From the NCBI GenBank assembly GCA_963807455.1, contig CAWECS010000010.1, forward strand, positions 31,524-95,523: a DNA stretch of 64,000 bases, given 5' to 3'. Each line of letters begins with the position of its first letter. The stretch's first letter is position 1. Below the pieces are notes generated by a model. That model saw nothing but the letters and a program-made list of their open reading frames with translations. It was not told the DNA's origin and searched no databases. The translations under genes were made by a program, and so were the position numbers. Shown here one piece after another: positions 37,992-48,023 of the stretch. The DNA comes from an uncultured Gammaproteobacteria bacterium. Lineage in GTDB: Bacteria; Pseudomonadota; Gammaproteobacteria; JAADHQ01.

Positions 37992-40397
37992 CTATTTCTT
38001 TGACTTACTTCCAGCATAAGTCTTGAACATCTTGTTCATCAACTCAATGTGCTGATCATCGGTCAGTGTTCCAGGCTGGGCCACCTTACCCCAAAGCTGC
38101 TCATTGGTCATTTCACGGTGACAACCCATACACAGACCGGTGCGCTTCATACCATCGCGCATTTCCTTGGTCAGGGACCTGGACAATGGCCAATGGGTAC
38201 CCACCGTTGCTACCTGCTCGCCCTTCTCGTTGACAATCGTGGACAAGTCGAAATCCAACCCGTCTATCTTAGGTATCTGGATCTGATAACGTCCCGGAAT
38301 TGGCTTTCCGGTCTTCTGGTCAATCAGGTCCTCGATCACATTTTCTGTGCTACGGGCCATAAATACGCCTCCAGAGATACCGTAACCCATGGCCTTCGGG
38401 TTGTTATGACAACTCTCACAGGTACGCGCCTTGCGCTGTGCTGAATGTGGCTGCACCGGTGCCATATCGATTCCCAACGGTATACGCTTCTGACCTAATT
38501 GCTTCGCCTCGTCGGTAGACCGGCCTGTCTGGTTCAACGCAATGGTCTTGCCCTTACGGTCAATCACAGTATAGATCACCTGGCAACCCGGCATCAGCGG
38601 AGTGACACGACCTTCACCATTGATGCCCAGAACCGGCTCTTCCCAACGCAAATAGGAACGGGTTTCAAACGCTTTACCTGGGCTCTTGATACCGCCTGTT
38701 CCCAGGATGGATTCAGCCGTTTCACCATCCGATGTACGCTTGTTACCGGAAGCGACCCAGTCAATATCCTGATATGGTTTGCCTTTACTGTCATTGCTGT
38801 AGTCCATTTTCACGTGACAGCCATAGCACTGCGGTACCCAGGAAGCATGACAGGCATAACATTCAAGACTCTCCGAATGTTTTTCTACCCGGTCCATAGC
38901 CACCATAGCATTCGGGCTCTTCCAGTTGTCATCCAGAGCCAACTGCTTGAGTATCGGCACTTCAAAATCATTACCTGTGGCTGAATGCAGTAAGACTTTT
39001 TTGCCATCCTTAACGACATTGCCAAAAGGATTACCGCGCGCAGTAACAAGATATCCATCTTTCTTGTCATAATGCGTTGCATAGGCTGAGGTTTCTGGCA
39101 ATGCAGCATCGGTGAGGCCACGCGGCTTGCTCGATAGCTTCTTGCCGAACTCCTCGCCATAACCCAATGGCAATTCCCACGGGAATTTACGTGGGGTGCC
39201 ATGGCAGTCTTCACATTCAATCTCTACCTGTGCCAACGTGGTGCCGAAGATGTTGCCGTCGCCATGCATATCAATGGTGGTATGACAGTCCTGGCACAAC
39301 AAGCCCCCTTTGGGATTACCTTTGCGGCTCTTGATCTGGTGATGCAGGTCATCGGAGATAAACAGGTATTTCTTGGTATGCAGTTTGGGCTGCTTCTTGC
39401 CCTGCTCATTGAATGGGCTGCCATAGGGGAATTCCATTAGACCCTGATAGGTCACACCAATACGCTTACCGCGATTATGGCAAGAGTTACAGGATTCTAC
39501 CGGAATACCAGAATAGGTTGTTGTGGGCGTTTTAACCTTGGCTTCGCGTGTAGCCTGGATGCTGTGTACCAGCATATGGCCCTGCTTGGTTTTATCGATA
39601 GTCGGATCGCCACCTTCGTAGTAGGCATCGTTACTGTAAGGTATATGGCAGGAGGAACAACCCATACCACGAAAGTCACCACGCTTCTCGCGTCCGCGCA
39701 CACCAACATGGCAGCGTTGACACTGCTGGCGCTGATAGGTCATGCCAGCAAGCTTGGGATCTTTTTCGATTTCCTCGACTGTGGGTTGTGGCACCATTTT
39801 CAGTTCTTTCGGGAACTGCTTGGGATGCGCCTTGGTCATAGCCACCATGTAATCTTTATATTCTTGCGTGCCGATATTCGGGATAGGGCCATCGGTATCT
39901 TTTACATCATAGTTACCCCACGGCACATTGTGATCAAACACTTCCTTGATGCCCCAGGTATGCAGGTTACCCTGAATCTTGCCAGCTTCTGTATTCATCA
40001 GGGATTTTTCCAGACGCTCTGAATAACTCTGGTGACAGCCGGCTTGACTGCATGTGAACTTGTTAATCCATATACTTCCTGGATCACGATAAAATTCCTG
40101 CGGACCCTTGGCTGCTTTCAGGCTCTCGGGACTGCCTGCATGCGCATCATTCTTGGTGGTTGCCTTGGGATTGCCGCCATGACACACAACACAACCATTC
40201 GCATCACCATGACCACTACCCACGCCCTTGATCTGCAACATCATCGCACTGGTATTTTCGCGAATCGGCTCCAGGCCTTCATGGCAAGCCAGACAGCCCT
40301 TCTCGTCAGCGAGCTTTTTCGAAACGGTGTCCATTTTAGCAATGGCGGTGGAAGATACAGTCAACATTAACAGCGCAAGAAGAGTGGTTATTTTCAT
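37992..40397 (-). CDS. Periplasmic multiheme cytochrome c, about 11–12 haem sites, of unassigned family
   Basis: 801 aa with signal peptide. Motifs CLACH, CVVCH, CSQAGCH (CX4CH-like), CQRCH, CSSCH, CNSCH, CQDCH, CEDCH, CYACH, CYGCH, CESCH, CMGCH. Confidence 0.8.
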   Translation of the reverse strand: MKITTLLALLMLTVSSTAIAKMDTVSKKLADEKGCLACHEGLEPIRENTSAMMLQIKGVGSGHGDANGCVVCHGGNPKATTKNDAHAGSPESLKAAKGPQEFYRDPGSIWINKFTCSQAGCHQSYSERLEKSLMNTEAGKIQGNLHTWGIKEVFDHNVPWGNYDVKDTDGPIPNIGTQEYKDYMVAMTKAHPKQFPKELKMVPQPTVEEIEKDPKLAGMTYQRQQCQRCHVGVRGREKRGDFRGMGCSSCHIPYSNDAYYEGGDPTIDKTKQGHMLVHSIQATREAKVKTPTTTYSGIPVESCNSCHNRGKRIGVTYQGLMEFPYGSPFNEQGKKQPKLHTKKYLFISDDLHHQIKSRKGNPKGGLLCQDCHTTIDMHGDGNIFGTTLAQVEIECEDCHGTPRKFPWELPLGYGEEFGKKLSSKPRGLTDAALPETSAYATHYDKKDGYLVTARGNPFGNVVKDGKKVLLHSATGNDFEVPILKQLALDDNWKSPNAMVAMDRVEKHSESLECYACHASWVPQCYGCHVKMDYSNDSKGKPYQDIDWVASGNKRTSDGETAESILGTGGIKSPGKAFETRSYLRWEEPVLGINGEGRVTPLMPGCQVIYTVIDRKGKTIALNQTGRSTDEAKQLGQKRIPLGIDMAPVQPHSAQRKARTCESCHNNPKAMGYGISGGVFMARSTENVIEDLIDQKTGKPIPGRYQIQIPKIDGLDFDLSTIVNEKGEQVATVGTHWPLSRSLTKEMRDGMKRTGLCMGCHREMTNEQLWGKVAQPGTLTDDQHIELMNKMFKTYAGSKSKK

Positions 40398-40610
40398 TAT
40401 GCCCCCTAGCAGTCACAGATAAGCCAGCTGATTACAACTTATTTTTAAAATCGTAGTAGACAGATACTGTTAAAGCAATTACATACCATACTTCTACACG
40501 GCGTCGATGCAATGTCATTGACCCAGATCAATTACTGGTAAATTCTTGATAACTGTTATTTACAAAAAATAAGCCATCCTGACACCACAGAAAACAAGAC
40601 GGTCCCAAAT

Positions 40611-40645
40611 AATAAAGCCGGGCTAATTGCGTAGCCCGGCTTTTA
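40611..40645 (-). terminator. Rho-independent terminator downstream of the YkgJ-family gene
   Basis: AGCCGGGCTA-attgcg-TAGCCCGGCT hairpin flanked by A/T runs. Coordinates approximate. Confidence 0.65.
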
Positions 40646-40680
40646 ATCACTCGCCAATAAAATTCTATTATTCAGATCAT

Positions 40681-41610
40681 CTATTTCTCAGCACCTTCCT
40701 GAGGATCTCGCACATGATACTTTTTGATATTTTCTTCATGCTTTTTCTGGATGACATCCTTGCGTTGTTCATAGCGTTGTTTGGCTGCACCTTCTTTAAG
40801 TTTGATAGAATGCTCGCCAAACAGAACCTGTTTCAGGAAACGCATACAAAATCCGACCAACACTTCATCATCTTCATCAATGCCTTTGCGCATCTCGTCA
40901 TCGATGTCGAACATGTTGACAAAACCATCGCTCTGGGTAAACAAACGAAAGGCGTCCATATCATAGGACATGGAAAATAATTGCATGCTGCGTTCACTCG
41001 GCGCGCCGACGGTTGGGCCGGCTGAGCGTTTCTTAACAATGATATCCAGCCACTCACGGTTCATGTCGTCGTAGATTTCAACGCCCTGCTGCTTGCGGAA
41101 CTCAGCAATGGTCATTGGATTATCTTCCTCATGGCCTTTGCAATGATCTTCTTTCACCACAAAATAAAGGTCTTCAAATTTTTCAGCACCTTTACGATGC
41201 ATACCCATGGTGCCATAGGGATAATAGCGACAGGCAGTGGGTCGGTTTTCATAAACGCTACATCCTTCGTCTGTCATGAACTGGCAGGCAGTACCGCCAT
41301 CCACTGGACGCATTTTTGTGCCGGGCATGCCATGAAAATCCATCTCGTAAGGACGCGTATATTTTAGTTGAGCCTGCCAGGTAGAAATATCGAAATGTCT
41401 CGCCAGTCTCAAAATGTCATAAGGCGTCAAGGTGATATCGATATTGCTGCAACAGGCATTGAAACACTTAATGCCTTTATAGCAGCTGAATGAAATCTTC
41501 GAATCCAGGGATAACTGTTGCGGCTGCACAGCAGTCTTGAAGGGTAGATCCATTTCCTTGAAAATGTTCTCGTCAGTAAATTTTTCAATGGTTGGTTTAT
41601 CGTCGCTCAT
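40681..41610 (-). CDS. YkgJ/UPF0153-family cysteine-cluster (CxxCxxCC) putative Fe-S or zinc protein
   Basis: 309 aa. Motifs CYKGIKCFNACCS and further Cys pairs (CQFMTDEGCSVYENRPTACRYYPY). The C-terminus is Lys/Glu-rich. Confidence 0.55.
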   Translation of the reverse strand: MSDDKPTIEKFTDENIFKEMDLPFKTAVQPQQLSLDSKISFSCYKGIKCFNACCSNIDITLTPYDILRLARHFDISTWQAQLKYTRPYEMDFHGMPGTKMRPVDGGTACQFMTDEGCSVYENRPTACRYYPYGTMGMHRKGAEKFEDLYFVVKEDHCKGHEEDNPMTIAEFRKQQGVEIYDDMNREWLDIIVKKRSAGPTVGAPSERSMQLFSMSYDMDAFRLFTQSDGFVNMFDIDDEMRKGIDEDDEVLVGFCMRFLKQVLFGEHSIKLKEGAAKQRYEQRKDVIQKKHEENIKKYHVRDPQEGAEK

Positions 41611-41730
41611 ACCACTTTTCCTAGCGCTTTCCGAGTTTTGTTTGCGAGCCGAGTATTCTAACAGAATTCGGCTTATATCTCACTTATAGGGCCTGCTTTA
41701 GTGTGAAAACACTATTTATAATGAATGTTT

Positions 41731-41821
41731 AACCACGGAGGACACGGAGTCAACAGAGGGAGAAAAACATAACACTAATAACCACATCATAAACTCCGTG
41801 CTCTCCGTGTCCTCCGTGGTT
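41731..41821. repeat. Perfect 19-bp inverted repeat (AACCACGGAGGACACGGAG / CTCCGTGTCCTCCGTGGTT) separated by 53 nt
   Basis: Arms at 41731–41749 and 41803–41821. Located in the 485-bp non-coding spacer between aprA (3' end) and the YkgJ-family gene (5' end). Confidence 0.75.
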
Positions 41822-42095
41822 ACATGGTTTTTTCTGGGAAATAAGCTGCGATAAGTTCGGTGAGAGTCGCTCTCGCCCTTTTGGGTAACTTTGAAATTAA
41901 CTGTACAGTTTAGAACATCGCTCTCGCCCTTCCGTGGGACGCTCCTGCGCATCCTTGCGCCCGCGTCATTTGAACATCCATGTTCTTCGCTTCGCGATGT
42001 ATGCCCATCCATGGGTAACAGGCCATGCCTTCGAAAAGTAAATAAACGGTCCACAAAAACCCGAGGTTTTCACAGAATAATTTCCGAAGTAATTA

Positions 42096-44027
42096 TCAAG
42101 CGTTTTTGATCAACTGAACATAAGGTTCTTTAACCAGAGACCATTCTTTGGTCTTGCGGTCATATGTAGAGTTAACAAAACAGTTCCAGTTCTTGTCGTC
42201 CAGGTCAAGGAAGTCTGCACGATAGTAGTAACCCGGATAACGAGTTTCTTCACGGAACTGAATGTGCTTCATGTGTGCTTCTGCAGCAATGATGCGGTGG
42301 TAGTTTTCCCACGCACGCAGCAGTTCATGCAGGTCTTTCGCACGCATTTTTTCAGCATCTTCCTTCAGCATGCCCAGCTTACGTTCAGCAATACCCATCA
42401 TAGCAGCGTTAGTCTGGTAGTAAGTAGAAACACCGGCTACGTACTCGTCCATGCATTTTTGCAGACGGAACTGCAGCATTTTTGGAGTGATGTAGTTAGG
42501 ATTGATATCAATCGCTGTGGTGTAATCCTTGTGCTCAAGGAAGTTACGTACTGGCTTATAGATTTCTGCGACCAGATCATCAACTGAATCTTCAAGCTCT
42601 GGTTTGTAGTCTTTATTATCCAATGCGAAACGGATCATGGACTTGGCAGCCAGACGACCTTCAGTGAATGCACCTGAAGAGAACTTGTGGCCAGAAGCGC
42701 CAACACCGTCACCGGCAGTGAACAGACCATTAACAGTTGTCATACCACGATACTTGTTGCCGTTTGAACCCCAGCTCCAGTGCTCAGGAACACCTGGCAG
42801 ATCTTCCGGGCCAGAAACCCACAGACCGGCACAGCCAGCGTGTGAACCTAACAGGTAGGGTTCTGTTGGCATCAATTCTGACATTTCTTTATCAGGCTCG
42901 ATGTTTTCACCCGCCCAGATACCACACTGACCGATAGTCATGTCAAGGAAGTCTTCCCAGGCTTCTGCTTCCAGATGCTTGATTTCCTTTGGTGTCATTG
43001 TTTCAGCCAGCTTAGCCAATGCAGATGGAGTGTCCATGAAGATAGGACCCTTACCCGCTTTCATGTCGGCGATCATTAAATGGTTACGTAAACAAGTACC
43101 CATTACGTGACCGTGTACATGTGTACCATAGTTATGCTCTTCTAACAGATGAGCATTTGTTACCTGGTAATCTTCACCCTGTGCATTCATTGCTTTCGCT
43201 TTGAAGAGCAGGAACCACGCGCCTACAGGACCGTAACCGTCTTTGAACCGTGCAGGTACGAAACGGTTTTCAAGCATTGTGCCAGTCGCACCTGCTTCAA
43301 GAGCCATCGCATAAGTAGAACCGGCATTCCATACTGGATACCAGGCACGACCCTGACCTTCACCAACTGAACGTGGACGGAATACGTTAACCGCACCACC
43401 ACATACCAGCAGACAACACTTGAATTTGTAGACGTAAATCTTGTCTTCACGTACTGAGAAACCAACGGCACCAGCAACACGCTTGGGATCGTTCTTGTCA
43501 TTAATCAATTTAACGATAAAGACATGTTCCTGAATGTTTTCTGTTCCGAGCGATTTTTTAGCAGCTTCAGCAACGATCCATTTGTAGGATTCACCGTTGA
43601 TCATGATCTGCCATCTACCTGAACGAACCGGCTTGCCACCTTCGGTCAGTTTCTTGTCTTCGTCACCTAGTTGTTTCCATATAGGCAGACCCCATTCTTC
43701 GAACAGATGAACTGAACTGTCTACATGACGACCTACGTCATAGACCAGGTCTTCACGGATGATGCCCATCAAGTCAGTTTTAACCATACGAACGTAATCT
43801 GAAGGATCGTTGTCACCCATGTAGGTGTTGATCGCTGACAGACCCTGTGCAACAGCACCAGAACGGTCCATAGCTGCTTTATCAACCAGCTTGATGTTCA
43901 GGTCGTTGGCTTCTGCATAACGCATTATTTCAACACCAGCACCACAGGCTGCCATACCGCCACCGATGATAAGAATATCAAGTTCTTCTTCGACGACTTC
44001 CGGATTTCCAAATCCATAACCGGACAT
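42096..44027 (-). CDS. aprA: Adenylylsulfate (APS) reductase alpha subunit AprA
   Basis: FAD-binding GGGMAACGAG. Strong AprA-specific similarity throughout. Start placed at ATG 44027 (MSGYGFGNPEVV), with GAGAGG 6 nt upstream; the track start at 44042 lies inside this ribosome-binding site. Confidence 0.9.
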   Translation of the reverse strand: MSGYGFGNPEVVEEELDILIIGGGMAACGAGVEIMRYAEANDLNIKLVDKAAMDRSGAVAQGLSAINTYMGDNDPSDYVRMVKTDLMGIIREDLVYDVGRHVDSSVHLFEEWGLPIWKQLGDEDKKLTEGGKPVRSGRWQIMINGESYKWIVAEAAKKSLGTENIQEHVFIVKLINDKNDPKRVAGAVGFSVREDKIYVYKFKCCLLVCGGAVNVFRPRSVGEGQGRAWYPVWNAGSTYAMALEAGATGTMLENRFVPARFKDGYGPVGAWFLLFKAKAMNAQGEDYQVTNAHLLEEHNYGTHVHGHVMGTCLRNHLMIADMKAGKGPIFMDTPSALAKLAETMTPKEIKHLEAEAWEDFLDMTIGQCGIWAGENIEPDKEMSELMPTEPYLLGSHAGCAGLWVSGPEDLPGVPEHWSWGSNGNKYRGMTTVNGLFTAGDGVGASGHKFSSGAFTEGRLAAKSMIRFALDNKDYKPELEDSVDDLVAEIYKPVRNFLEHKDYTTAIDINPNYITPKMLQFRLQKCMDEYVAGVSTYYQTNAAMMGIAERKLGMLKEDAEKMRAKDLHELLRAWENYHRIIAAEAHMKHIQFREETRYPGYYYRADFLDLDDKNWNCFVNSTYDRKTKEWSLVKEPYVQLIKNA

Positions 44028-44084
44028 GTCTATACCTCTCAATTCTTTAAATTAATTATCTTGAAAACAATGATTCAATGCGAC

Positions 44085-44543
44085 TTAGGCAAACTGACTC
44101 ATGTCACAAGAATGAACATCATTGTCGAACAGCTTGTCGTAGGCAGCCAGATCAGCAGATGCAGCAGCAGGGCGACCGGCTTGAGGATCTGCAGAACCTT
44201 CAGCTGTTGTTCTAATCGGGAACTTAAAGCGTTTCTCGTTGCCGTTACGGAACTTGATCGTCCACATAATGGAGTTAGTTCCACGCAATGGCTGCACAGA
44301 ACCACCGAGAGGTACGATATCGGCGTAGTGACGACACTCAATTGCTTGCTGAGGACAGATCTTCACACAGGAATAACATTCCCAGCATTGTTCAGGCTCC
44401 TGGTTCCAGGCTTTCATTGCATGACCAGTTTCAGAGCCATCTTTATCAAGCTTCATCAGATCATGTGGACAGATATACATGCATGCAGTTTTGTCCTGAC
44501 CTTTACAGCCGTCACACTTGTCGGTACGTACGAATGTAGGCAT
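44085..44543 (-). CDS. aprB: Adenylylsulfate reductase beta subunit AprB (2x[4Fe-4S])
   Basis: MPTFVRTDKCDGCKGQDKTACMYICPHDLM... with two ferredoxin Cys clusters and the AprB C-terminal tail. Confidence 0.9.
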   Translation of the reverse strand: MPTFVRTDKCDGCKGQDKTACMYICPHDLMKLDKDGSETGHAMKAWNQEPEQCWECYSCVKICPQQAIECRHYADIVPLGGSVQPLRGTNSIMWTIKFRNGNEKRFKFPIRTTAEGSADPQAGRPAAASADLAAYDKLFDNDVHSCDMSQFA

Positions 44544-45012
44544 TTCGTTTTCTCCAAACGTTTACCGCGGTTTAAAAATCCCACTGGATTAATAGTGGCT
44601 CATGAGTTTTGATCTAATGGCCGTAAATCTTAATTCTTGTGTTGTAACGTCCTTAGCTGATGTCACTAAAATCAGCCTTTATCATCAGATAAGGACGCTG
44701 CCAGTCCGCCGAATGCGTGCTTTATTTCAGCCGATTCACGCCGATAACTTGATCCGGGACGCTAACCATATATATTTATACAGACAATGCAAAACAGTTA
44801 TATCTTTGCGGTAGCATAAATCTATCTTATTGAAGAAATGCTAATTTACGACCATATATGCTATTGTTTTTAATGACTATATAAATATTTTTATTTTTAA
44901 CTACCGATATATTAGAATATACTTATTTTATGCTATTCTAAATAATCTTAATTGGTAAGGCCATACGCTTGCCTGTACAGTATACCGACTCTTTTACTAG
45001 GTTATATAATTC

Positions 45013-47919
45013 ATGAGCACACCTAAACCCATACACGACCCTATCACGCAACCTGCAAGTGATCGCATCGAGGTCAAAAATACTACCTGTTATATGTGCG
45101 CCTGCCGTTGTGGTATCCGCGTCACTTTGCGAGACGGTGAAGTCCGCTACATTCAGGGCAATCCTGACCACCCGCTAAATAAGGGGATTATCTGCGCCAA
45201 GGGCTCCTCCGGGATTATGAAGCAATACTCGCCTGCGCGCCTTACCAAGCCGCTACGGCGCAAGGCATCGGCAGATCGTGGTGACAATGAATTCGAGGAA
45301 ATCAGCTGGAATGAAGCCTTCTCGATCATGGAAGAGCGCCTGGCCAAGATTCGCAAGACCGACCCACGTAATTTTGCGCTGTTTACCGGCCGCGACCAGA
45401 TGCAGGCAATGACCGGACTGTTTGCCAAACAATATGGCACACCTAATTACGCGGCCCACGGCGGTTTCTGCTCGGTCAATATGGCGGCTGGTATGATCTA
45501 TACCATTGGTGGTTCCTTCTGGGAATTCGGTGGACCGGATCTGGAGCGCTCGAAGTTATTTGTCATGATCGGTACAGCCGAAGACCATCACTCCAATCCA
45601 CTGAAAATGGAACTGTCCAAGTTCAAGCGCCAGGGTGGCAAGTTTATCTCCATCAACCCGGTACGTACCGGTTACTCTGCCATTGCCGATGAATGGATTC
45701 CGATCAAGCCCGGCACCGATGGTGCGCTATTGATGGCCCTGAACCATGAAATCATCCGCACCGGTCTGTATGACCGCGAATTCCTGATCGAATACAGTAA
45801 CTCGGCAGAACTGATCAACATGGACGACAACAGCACCGAATACGGCATGTTTGTCCGTGCCGAGGTTCCGGAAGAAGAAGGCTGCTTTGATCCGCAAAAC
45901 AAACTCTGGTGGGATCGCAACACTGACAAAGCGATTGTTGCAGATCGTGCAATCGACCATGACCCTTACCTACTGGGCGAATATGCGCTTCAGGACGGTA
46001 CGCCGGTAAAGACCTCGTTCCAATTGCTGCATGAGCGCCTGGAAAAATACACCCCGGAATGGGCAGAAAATATTACCGGTATTCCTGCTGAAACCATACG
46101 ACGACTGGCACATGAAATGGGCATTACCGCCCGTGATGAAAAAATAGAATTACCGATCGCCTGGACCGATGTCTGGGGACGTGAGCATGATACCGTTACC
46201 GGTAATCCAGTCTCATTCCATGCCATGCGTGGCCTGGCTGCACATTCAAATGGTTTCCACTCGATTCGCGCACTGTCTATATTAATGAGTTTGCTCGGCA
46301 CCATTGACCGTCCCGGCGGTTTCCGTCACAAGGCACCGTTCCCACGACCGATTCCGCCTTGTGCGAAAACCCCGAAGGGACCGGAAGATGTGCAGCCGGA
46401 AACCCCTCTGAATGGCATGCCGCTGGGCTGGCCCGCCGATCCGGATGACCTGTTTGTCGATGACAAGGGTGGGCCGGTACGCCTGGACAAGGCCTTTTCA
46501 TGGGAATTCCCGCTGTCTGTGCATGGTATGATGCATAATGCGATCACCAATGCGTGGCGTGGCGACCCGTACCCGATCGACACGATGATGATTTTCATGG
46601 CCAACATGGCCTGGAACTCCAGCATGAATACCGAGCAGGTACGTGAAATGCTCAACGACAAGGATGACAACGGTGAGTACAAAATACCTTATCTGATCGT
46701 TTGTGACGCCTTCCAGTCGGAAATGGTTGCATATGCGGATCTGGTGTTACCTGATACCACGTACCTCGAACGACACGACGTCATGTCCATGCTCGATCGC
46801 CCTATCTCGGAATATGATGGTCCGGCTGATTCTGTCCGCATACCGGTAGTACCACCCACAGGCGAGTGTAAACCGTTCCAGGAAGTATTGATTGAAATGG
46901 GATCGCGCCTGAAATTACCGGCGTTTGTCAAAGAAGATGGTTCACGCAAATTCCGCGACTATCCGGATTTCGTCGTTAATTTTGAAACTGAACCGGGCTC
47001 CGGCATTGGCTTCCTGTCTGGCTGGCGTGGCAAGGGCGGCGAAAAATTCATGAAGGGCGAGCCTAATCCGAACCAGTGGGAAATGTACGAGAAAAACAAT
47101 TGCGTTTTCCATTACGAATTACCACGTTCCTTCCAGTATATGCGTAACTGGAACAAGGGTTATCTGGAATGGGCCCAGGAACATCGCCTGACGCGTTACG
47201 CCGAGCCCATTAACATTCATATCTATTCTGAAGTGTTACAGAAATTCCGCATGGCCGCGCAAGGCAAGACAGATGGTAAACAACCACCGGATCATTTGCG
47301 CAAACGCGTCGAGACCTACTTTGATCCGTTACCATTTTACTATGAGCCGCTGGAATCGCAGCTAACTGACAAACACAAGTACCCGTTGAATGCGGTCACT
47401 CAACGTCCCATGGCGATGTATCATTCCTGGGATTCACAAAATGCCTGGTTGCGACAGATCCATACCTATAATTATCTGTACGTCAACCCGGTCACTGCCA
47501 AAACACAAGGCATTGGAGATGGCGACTGGATCTGGGTTGAATCGCAATGGGGCAAGGTACGCTGCATGTGCCGCTTCACCGAAGCGCTGGAACCGGGCAC
47601 CGTCTGGACCTGGAACGCAATCGGCAAAGCCAGTGGAGCGTGGAATCTGGAACCGGATGCCAACGAATCCAAACAGGGTTTCTTGCTGAACCATGTGATC
47701 TCGGAAGAATTACCGAAGCACGATGCAGGCGAACATGTTTCCAACTCTGACCCTGTCACCGGTCAGGCTGGCTGGTATGACGTGCGCGTTCGTATATACA
47801 AGACTGAGGCCAATGAAGCGCCAGTGACCATGCCACAGTTCGATGCGGTCAAACCGGCACCCGGGCAAGCAAAACGAAAATCCTGGTTAGGTTTTTTTGC
47901 TGGCGGCAAAAAACAGTAG
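45013..47919 (+). CDS. soeA: Molybdopterin oxidoreductase catalytic subunit with no Tat signal; best fit is sulfite-oxidising enzyme SoeA
   Basis: 968 aa. N-terminal [4Fe-4S] motif CYMCACRCG with no twin-arginine leader. Followed by FeS and membrane-anchor subunits of the sizes known for SoeABC (about 108, 27 and 36 kDa). Next to aprBA. Confidence 0.65.
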   Translation: MSTPKPIHDPITQPASDRIEVKNTTCYMCACRCGIRVTLRDGEVRYIQGNPDHPLNKGIICAKGSSGIMKQYSPARLTKPLRRKASADRGDNEFEEISWNEAFSIMEERLAKIRKTDPRNFALFTGRDQMQAMTGLFAKQYGTPNYAAHGGFCSVNMAAGMIYTIGGSFWEFGGPDLERSKLFVMIGTAEDHHSNPLKMELSKFKRQGGKFISINPVRTGYSAIADEWIPIKPGTDGALLMALNHEIIRTGLYDREFLIEYSNSAELINMDDNSTEYGMFVRAEVPEEEGCFDPQNKLWWDRNTDKAIVADRAIDHDPYLLGEYALQDGTPVKTSFQLLHERLEKYTPEWAENITGIPAETIRRLAHEMGITARDEKIELPIAWTDVWGREHDTVTGNPVSFHAMRGLAAHSNGFHSIRALSILMSLLGTIDRPGGFRHKAPFPRPIPPCAKTPKGPEDVQPETPLNGMPLGWPADPDDLFVDDKGGPVRLDKAFSWEFPLSVHGMMHNAITNAWRGDPYPIDTMMIFMANMAWNSSMNTEQVREMLNDKDDNGEYKIPYLIVCDAFQSEMVAYADLVLPDTTYLERHDVMSMLDRPISEYDGPADSVRIPVVPPTGECKPFQEVLIEMGSRLKLPAFVKEDGSRKFRDYPDFVVNFETEPGSGIGFLSGWRGKGGEKFMKGEPNPNQWEMYEKNNCVFHYELPRSFQYMRNWNKGYLEWAQEHRLTRYAEPINIHIYSEVLQKFRMAAQGKTDGKQPPDHLRKRVETYFDPLPFYYEPLESQLTDKHKYPLNAVTQRPMAMYHSWDSQNAWLRQIHTYNYLYVNPVTAKTQGIGDGDWIWVESQWGKVRCMCRFTEALEPGTVWTWNAIGKASGAWNLEPDANESKQGFLLNHVISEELPKHDAGEHVSNSDPVTGQAGWYDVRVRIYKTEANEAPVTMPQFDAVKPAPGQAKRKSWLGFFAGGKKQ

Positions 47920-47986
47920 CGAGTGACTAGTGGCTAGTAGCTAGGCTCTTTCTTTCCTCGCTACTAGCTACTCGATACTAGTCACT
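47917..47986. repeat. REP-like imperfect palindromic element in the soeA-soeB spacer
   Basis: tagCGAGTGACTAGTGGCTAGTAGCTAGG ... CCTCGCTACTAGCTACtcgatACTAGTCAC. The outer 8-bp stem TGACTAGT/ACTAGTCA pairs with an inner stem GGCTAGTAGCTAGG/CCTCGCTACTAGC. Confidence 0.7.
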
Positions 47987-48023
47987 TTTATATGCAATGA
48001 AATTTTATTAGGAACTGTCAAAC

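Noticed and set aside
41716-42054. 112-aa minus-strand ORF in the aprA-ykgJ spacer
   Set aside because: The product is low-complexity and Ser/Arg-rich, with no ribosome-binding site. It overlaps the inverted and direct repeat structures. Likely non-coding.
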